Source of the DNA: a virus
Taxonomy: Duplodnaviria > Caudoviricetes
Reading direction: 5' to 3' (one strand)
Length of the DNA: 53,071 bases
IMG/VR virus record: IMGVR_UViG_3300032216_000356
Location: 1-53,071 of that record
Within the stretch, counting starts at the first letter, position 1. Each line of letters starts with the position of its first letter. The notes beneath the pieces are model-generated. The model saw only the letters and a list, made by a program, of their open reading frames with translations, was not told where the DNA came from and did not search any database. This document shows, piece after piece, positions 48,547 to 53,071 of the stretch. The translations under genes and the position numbers were made by a program.

Positions 48547-48570
48547 TTAGCAACTGGCTATGTACTATTA

Positions 48571-48605
48571 AAGGGGCTTACTTAAAACGTAGGCCCTTTT
48601 TCTTT
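48571..48605 (+). terminator. Rho-independent terminator after MCP
   Basis: GGGCTTAC...GTAGGCCC stem followed by TTTTTCTTT. Confidence 0.75.
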
Positions 48606-48700
48606 ACCTGTTATTCATGGTTTTCTTGATGTTTGTTTTCATTCAATTTGAAATAATGCAGTTGTAGAGTGAAAACTCTATATAACTTAAGGAGAATATT

Positions 48701-48778
48701 ATGAAAGCATGGACTAAACCAGCAGCAACAGAAATGAGATTTGGCTTTGAGGTGACGATGTACGTAATGAACAAGTAA
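48701..48778 (+). CDS. pqqA: Pyrroloquinoline quinone precursor peptide PqqA (25 aa; not in ORF track)
   Basis: ATG AAA GCA TGG...AAG TAA translates to MKAWTKPAATEMRFGFEVTMYVMNK, with the W-x-x-P..R-x-G-F-E-V-T-x-Y PqqA signature and intact E-x-x-x-Y. AAGGAG RBS 6 nt upstream. Confidence 0.96.
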   Translation: MKAWTKPAATEMRFGFEVTMYVMNK

Positions 48779-48794
48779 TAATTCTGTTCTAATT

Positions 48795-48822
48795 AGGGGA
48801 CTAAATGTCCCCTTTTTCTTTT
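48795..48822 (+). terminator. Rho-independent terminator after pqqA
   Basis: AGGGGAC-TAAAT-GTCCCCT followed by TTTTCTTTT. Confidence 0.88.
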
Positions 48823-48870
48823 ATATAATGTGCTATAATACTTGCAAATACTACCAATTCAGGTATTATT

Positions 48871-48935
48871 TGGGAATCCGGGTTACCCGGTTTATTAGAC
48901 TGTCCCGGCAGACGCATATAAGACTAATAAATCTA
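48871..48935 (+). ncRNA. Candidate structured leader RNA
   Basis: CCGGG-TTA-CCCGG hairpin and TTTATTAG/CTAATAAA stem, downstream of promoter-like TGCTATAAT and TTGCAA-16-TATTAT. Confidence 0.35.
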
Positions 48936-48958
48936 ACTTTATATGAAGGAAAATCATT

Positions 48959-49444
48959 ATGTCAAGAACCACGTTCTCAGGCCCAGTTAAATCTGGTACT
49001 AATCGCTATGCTCCATACCAAAATGTAGGCACTACAGTAATAACTCAATCAGTTCCATTTACTTTTGATGCTACATTAACTCAAAACGCAACATTTTATA
49101 TTCCAGCGGGATCTAAGATTCTTAATATGCAAGTTGATGTTATTACAGCATATGACTCAGCTACATCAGCTACTTTAACTGTTGGTAAAACTTCAGGCGG
49201 TACGCAATATGCTTCAGGCGTAAATGCTAAAACATCAGGTCGTACAACACCTACATTTACAACTACTCAGTTAACAAATTTTCAATCAACTCCAATTGAT
49301 GTAGCAGCTTCAACTACAGGATCAGATGCTGTTTCAGCAATTGTAGTTACTATTACTTCAGTGGGTCAACCAACAGCGGGTACAGGTTTCTTTTCAATGC
49401 AATATATCCAATCTGACGACCGCGCAACATTTGGCACACAGTAA
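48959..49444 (+). CDS. Virion structural protein (head fibre/decoration-like)
   Basis: MSRTTFSGPVKSG start, Thr-rich beta protein, with AAGGA RBS. Confidence 0.6.
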   Translation: MSRTTFSGPVKSGTNRYAPYQNVGTTVITQSVPFTFDATLTQNATFYIPAGSKILNMQVDVITAYDSATSATLTVGKTSGGTQYASGVNAKTSGRTTPTFTTTQLTNFQSTPIDVAASTTGSDAVSAIVVTITSVGQPTAGTGFFSMQYIQSDDRATFGTQ

Positions 49445-49452
49445 TTAACTTA

Positions 49453-49476
49453 GGGGGCGCTTAGCCCCCACTTTTT
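49453..49476 (+). terminator. Rho-independent terminator
   Basis: GGGGGC-GCTTA-GCCCCC then ACTTTTT. Confidence 0.65.
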
Positions 49477-49489
49477 AAAGGAATATATT

Positions 49490-52111
49490 ATGTCAGGATG
49501 GACGTTAGTCGACGGAAATAATAATAAGTCTTTGCCATGGACAGGAACGAATAATACTGCGTATATTACTCCTGGTACCCAAACACAAGACCCAGTGGGA
49601 AAGTTCCGTGTTTCCCAACCACAAGCTTTAATTGATACAGACTTTGAATATGGTACTCAACCTACCAAATGGGAGTCAATTTCATTACAAAATAATAGAC
49701 AAAGTGTTTATTACATACCTCAACAACCTTTAAACGTAACAAGCATTACAGGTACAACAACACTTACAATTACTGTGGCTGCTGCTATTACTATTGCTGC
49801 TGGTACACCAATTTATATTCAAAATGCTACTGATCCAAATGCTAACGGATGGTGGTATACAGATACAGGCGTTACAACAGGTACAACATTTACAATTATT
49901 CCTACTTCAGCATGTGCTGCTGGTGAAAAATTTAGCGCTACTTCAACTTATGTTTACTCTGGATATTTTTATTCTAATTGTGGTATCGCAGTTGGTTCTA
50001 ATGCATTTGTAACATCAACTAACACAGTTACAGTAACAACAAGTAACCCACATGGTTTATCTGTAAATAGTTTAATTTATGTTAAAGGTTTAGGCGGGTC
50101 TCCCACTGCTGTTATGGGTGCATTTATAGTTGCTACTGTACCTACAGCTAATACGTTTACATATACATCAACAGGCGCAGCGGGTACTCCAACTAATGCC
50201 GCAGGCAATACATTTTTATATGCACGGCCAGCGGGTTATGTAGAGCCAAGAGCTTTTGATGGCGGCGTAGCATTCTCAGCAGGTGCAGCAGTACCAAATC
50301 AACAACTTATTAGACAAACACGTAGATATTTCCGTTATCAATCTGGTAAAGGTATTCAATTTTCTACAGGTTCATCATTAAAACCGACATTATTTGTTAC
50401 TAGTGTTACATCAGCAACATCTACAGTTACAGTAAATACTCGTTATGCTCATAGCTTGGCAGTGGGTACAGTAATTCAAGTATCTGGTGTTGATCAAGCC
50501 GCATTTAATGGACAATGGACTATTGCTAGTGTACCTACACCAAATTCACTAACATATTCTGTATCTCCTACAGTTTTAGGTACAGTAACAGCTACTGGAG
50601 CACAAATTAGGGTTAATCCTATAAGTTGGTATGGTTCTAGTAATCGATTAGGTTTCTTTGACCAACAAAATGGACTATTTTTTGAATATGACGGTCAAAC
50701 TTTATATGCTGTATGGCGTAGTAGTACAACACAAATTAATGGTAGCGTTTCTGTAACTCAAGGTTCAAGCGCAGTAACAGGTACTGGAACAGCATTTAGT
50801 AATCAGTTATCACCTGGTGATTTTATTGTAATTCGCGGCCAATCATATAAAGTAATTACTATTGCTAGTGATACATCAATGTTTATTAGCCCTGAATATC
50901 GAGGATCTACAATTGCAAATGCTGTTGTTTCTAAAACAATTGACACAAAAGTACCTCAATCAGCATGGTCTGATCCATTAGATGGTACAGGTTCTTCAGG
51001 TTACACACTTGATTTAACTAAAATGCAAATGTTTTATATTGATTATTCATGGTATGGTGCTGGATTTATTAGATGGGGTTTTAGAACATCTAAAGGCCAA
51101 ATTACTTATGTTTACCAACAAACTAATAATAACCAACGTTTTGAAGCATATATGCGTTCAGGTAACATGGCAGCACATTATGAATCAAGCGGATTAGCTC
51201 CAATCACAACATTAACTGCAACTTTATCTTCTGCAACTACAACTTCAATGTCTGTAGGAAGTACAGCTTTATTACCATCTGCTGGTACAGTTAAAGTAAG
51301 TACTGCTACATCAACCGGTGCAATTGAACTTATTTCATATACTGGTAAAACAGCTACTACATTAACAGGTTTAACTAGAGGTGTAACGGGGGGTTCAGCA
51401 GCAACAACCTTTACTTATAGTGCAGCAGCTCCTATTAGTGTTGAATATGCTCTTAATGATACAGCAGCAGCGTTATCTCATTGGGGTTCATCTGTAATTA
51501 TGGATGGCCAGTTTAATGACGATAAATCACTTATTTTTAACTATGGTACTACGACACAGTTACAATTAGCTTCATCAACTACTCAAGTAACTCCAATTAT
51601 AGCAATACGTATTGCACCTTCAGTTGATAATGGTATTACGGGTTTATTAGGGGCTAAAGAAATTATTAACCGCATGCAATTACAATTAGTTGAGTTAGGT
51701 GTTCAAACTGATCTTCCTGTTTTAATTACTTTAATTTTAAATGGTTATGTTACAGGCGGTACATGGACAGCATTTACATCTCCTATATCAGGTGGTGGTA
51801 CAAGTAGTGCATATACTTCTTCATTAGCTCAAGTAGCTGTAAACAGTTTAAATACAGGTACATGCACGGGGGGTGAATCAGTAGCGGCAGCGTTTACAAA
51901 CACAAATGGACAAACAACACTAGACTTATCTCAAGTACGTGATCTTGGTAACTCAATCTTAGGAGGCGGTACAAGTAATACATTACCAACTTCTTATGCT
52001 GGTGTTTACCCAGATGGTCCTGATATTCTATATGTATGTGCCACTAATGTTGTAGGATCTGCAACTCCAAAAATCTTAGCTCGACTAAGTTGGAAAGAAG
52101 CTCAAGCATAA
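49490..52111 (+). CDS. Large Thr/Ser-rich virion protein (fibre/spike-like)
   Basis: 873 aa with repeated beta-barrel units (TVTVTT..PHGL / TVTVNT..AHSL, VATVPT.NTFTY) and a lectin-like IDYSWYGAG core. Confidence 0.65.
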   Translation: MSGWTLVDGNNNKSLPWTGTNNTAYITPGTQTQDPVGKFRVSQPQALIDTDFEYGTQPTKWESISLQNNRQSVYYIPQQPLNVTSITGTTTLTITVAAAITIAAGTPIYIQNATDPNANGWWYTDTGVTTGTTFTIIPTSACAAGEKFSATSTYVYSGYFYSNCGIAVGSNAFVTSTNTVTVTTSNPHGLSVNSLIYVKGLGGSPTAVMGAFIVATVPTANTFTYTSTGAAGTPTNAAGNTFLYARPAGYVEPRAFDGGVAFSAGAAVPNQQLIRQTRRYFRYQSGKGIQFSTGSSLKPTLFVTSVTSATSTVTVNTRYAHSLAVGTVIQVSGVDQAAFNGQWTIASVPTPNSLTYSVSPTVLGTVTATGAQIRVNPISWYGSSNRLGFFDQQNGLFFEYDGQTLYAVWRSSTTQINGSVSVTQGSSAVTGTGTAFSNQLSPGDFIVIRGQSYKVITIASDTSMFISPEYRGSTIANAVVSKTIDTKVPQSAWSDPLDGTGSSGYTLDLTKMQMFYIDYSWYGAGFIRWGFRTSKGQITYVYQQTNNNQRFEAYMRSGNMAAHYESSGLAPITTLTATLSSATTTSMSVGSTALLPSAGTVKVSTATSTGAIELISYTGKTATTLTGLTRGVTGGSAATTFTYSAAAPISVEYALNDTAAALSHWGSSVIMDGQFNDDKSLIFNYGTTTQLQLASSTTQVTPIIAIRIAPSVDNGITGLLGAKEIINRMQLQLVELGVQTDLPVLITLILNGYVTGGTWTAFTSPISGGGTSSAYTSSLAQVAVNSLNTGTCTGGESVAAAFTNTNGQTTLDLSQVRDLGNSILGGGTSNTLPTSYAGVYPDGPDILYVCATNVVGSATPKILARLSWKEAQA

Positions 52112-52368
52112 TGGCTAAAAAAGGCGTATCTTTAGCAGTAGGTAGGGGTGAAAAACTCCCAGTATCACAAGGTGCTGGTCTTACTGCTAAGGGACGTGCT
52201 AAGTATAACAAAGCAACGGGGTCAAACTTAAAAGCCCCGCAACCCCAAGGTGGTCCACGTAAAAAGTCATTCTGTGCAAGGATGTCTGGCATGCCTGGCC
52301 CGATGAAAGATGAAAAAGGCAGACCTACTAGGAAAGCCGCATCACTAAAAAGGTGGAATTGTAAATGA
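52111..52368 (+). CDS. Small basic protein (DUF6321-like)
   Basis: GLTAKGRAKYN, RKKSFCARM and SLKRWNC motifs. TAATG overlap gives start 52111. Confidence 0.65.
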   Translation: MAKKGVSLAVGRGEKLPVSQGAGLTAKGRAKYNKATGSNLKAPQPQGGPRKKSFCARMSGMPGPMKDEKGRPTRKAASLKRWNCK

Positions 52369-52586
52369 GTGCAGAACGTGAAGTTATAGAACATGGTGTA
52401 GAAATTAAACATATTCAATCAGATGTAGATAGTATTATGGAAGATATGGAACAATTAAAAGCTCGTCTTGATGGTATTGAAAAGACACTAGAAGAAATTA
52501 AAGGCGGATGGAAAGTCTTTATTGCTATTGCTACTATTATTTCAGGTATTATTAGCTGGATGGTTACGCACTGGTTAGGAAAATAA
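52365..52586 (+). CDS. Coiled-coil + C-terminal TM protein (holin/XhlA-like)
   Basis: Heptad coil, then KGGWKVFIAIATIISGIISW. Confidence 0.55.
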   Translation: MSAEREVIEHGVEIKHIQSDVDSIMEDMEQLKARLDGIEKTLEEIKGGWKVFIAIATIISGIISWMVTHWLGK

Positions 52587-52587
52587 T

Positions 52588-52974
52588 ATGCCAAGTAAAT
52601 CTAAAGCGCAACATAATTTAATGGCAGCTGCGGCTCACAACCCAGCATTTGCTAAGAAGGTCGGTGTTCCTGTAAGTGTCGCTCAGGAATTTAACAAAGC
52701 GGACAAAGGTAAAAAATTTGGGGGTGGTGGTATGGCTAAATCAGATATGAAAGAAGATACAAAAATGGACATGGCTCAAGACAAAGCTATGATTAAAAAA
52801 GCATTTAAACAACATGACATGCAAGAACACAAAGGTGCTAAAGGCACTAAGTTAGCTCTTAAAAAAGGCGGTATGGCTAAAGGCTGTGGTTACGCTTCAG
52901 GCGGTAAAGTATCTCAACTAGCAAAAGCTAATGGTATTGCTGTTAAAGGTAAAACTAAAGGCACAATTATTTAA
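52588..52974 (+). CDS. Basic virion-associated hypothetical protein
   Basis: MPSKSKAQHNLMAAAAHNP start, repeated xxGG motifs and a terminal GIAVKGKTKG. Confidence 0.6.
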   Translation: MPSKSKAQHNLMAAAAHNPAFAKKVGVPVSVAQEFNKADKGKKFGGGGMAKSDMKEDTKMDMAQDKAMIKKAFKQHDMQEHKGAKGTKLALKKGGMAKGCGYASGGKVSQLAKANGIAVKGKTKGTII

Positions 52975-52983
52975 GGATATATC

Positions 52984-53071
52984 ATGGCAGACAAAGATAA
53001 ACAACCCAAACAAGCAGACTTTGATAAAGCTTGGGAAAATATGAAAACAGGTAAAACTGCACCTACAGAAA
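52984..53071 (+). CDS. Hypothetical protein, 3' truncated
   Basis: AAGGA RBS, MADKDKQPKQADF... open to the window end. Confidence 0.5.
   Translation, partial: MADKDKQPKQADFDKAWENMKTGKTAPTE

Noticed and set aside
48828-49028. 66-aa ORF in the track
   Set aside because: Overlaps promoter-like and structured leader sequence and the real 48959 gene in another frame, with no RBS.
1751-52418. Numerous short antisense or out-of-frame ORFs nested in long genes (e.g. 1751-2062, 10340-10579, 31649-31972, 46295-46606, 52044-52418)
   Set aside because: Shadow ORFs of well-supported genes, without RBS or recognisable motifs.
1-53071. Integrase/repressor lysogeny module, phage RNA polymerase, tRNAs, DGR, introns/inteins, stop-codon recoding
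   Set aside because: No recombinase, RNAP or reverse-transcriptase motifs or cloverleafs were recognised. Core genes are uninterrupted under the standard code. The part of the genome outside the window cannot be assessed.

Overview
AT-rich (about 35% GC by eye) tailed dsDNA phage sequence with podovirus-like architecture. It is most of a genome: genes are cut at both window ends. A plus-strand virion block (about 38.0-53.07 kb, continuing at 1-14.5 kb) holds terminase, portal, GroES, HNH, scaffold, major capsid, tail and ejection proteins, a 2006-aa polyvalent protein and a lysozyme. A minus-strand early/replication block (14.5-37.7 kb) holds a primase-helicase, SSB-like protein, SNF2 helicase, PD-(D/E)XK nuclease, family A DNA polymerase, TraR-like factor, SleB hydrolase, VRR-NUC, a MoxR-AAA/VWA pair and many small ORFs. 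A repeat-rich non-coding control/origin region (36.4-37.98 kb) separates the two blocks. The standout feature, missed by the ORF track, is a 25-codon PqqA gene (PQQ cofactor precursor peptide, MKAWTKPAATEMRFGFEVTMYVMNK) at 48701-48778. It has its own RBS and is flanked by terminators right behind the major capsid gene, which points to a Methylophilaceae (methylotroph) host and a phage-borne boost to methanol-oxidation cofactor supply. Also notable: about 12-17 kb of the early region appears to lack GATC and GCNGC sites, there is a duplicated promoter/palindrome cassette, and there is a candidate structured RNA at 48.87-48.94 kb. I found no integrase, RNA polymerase, tRNA or CRISPR array. All family calls come from motif recognition by eye, not database searches.
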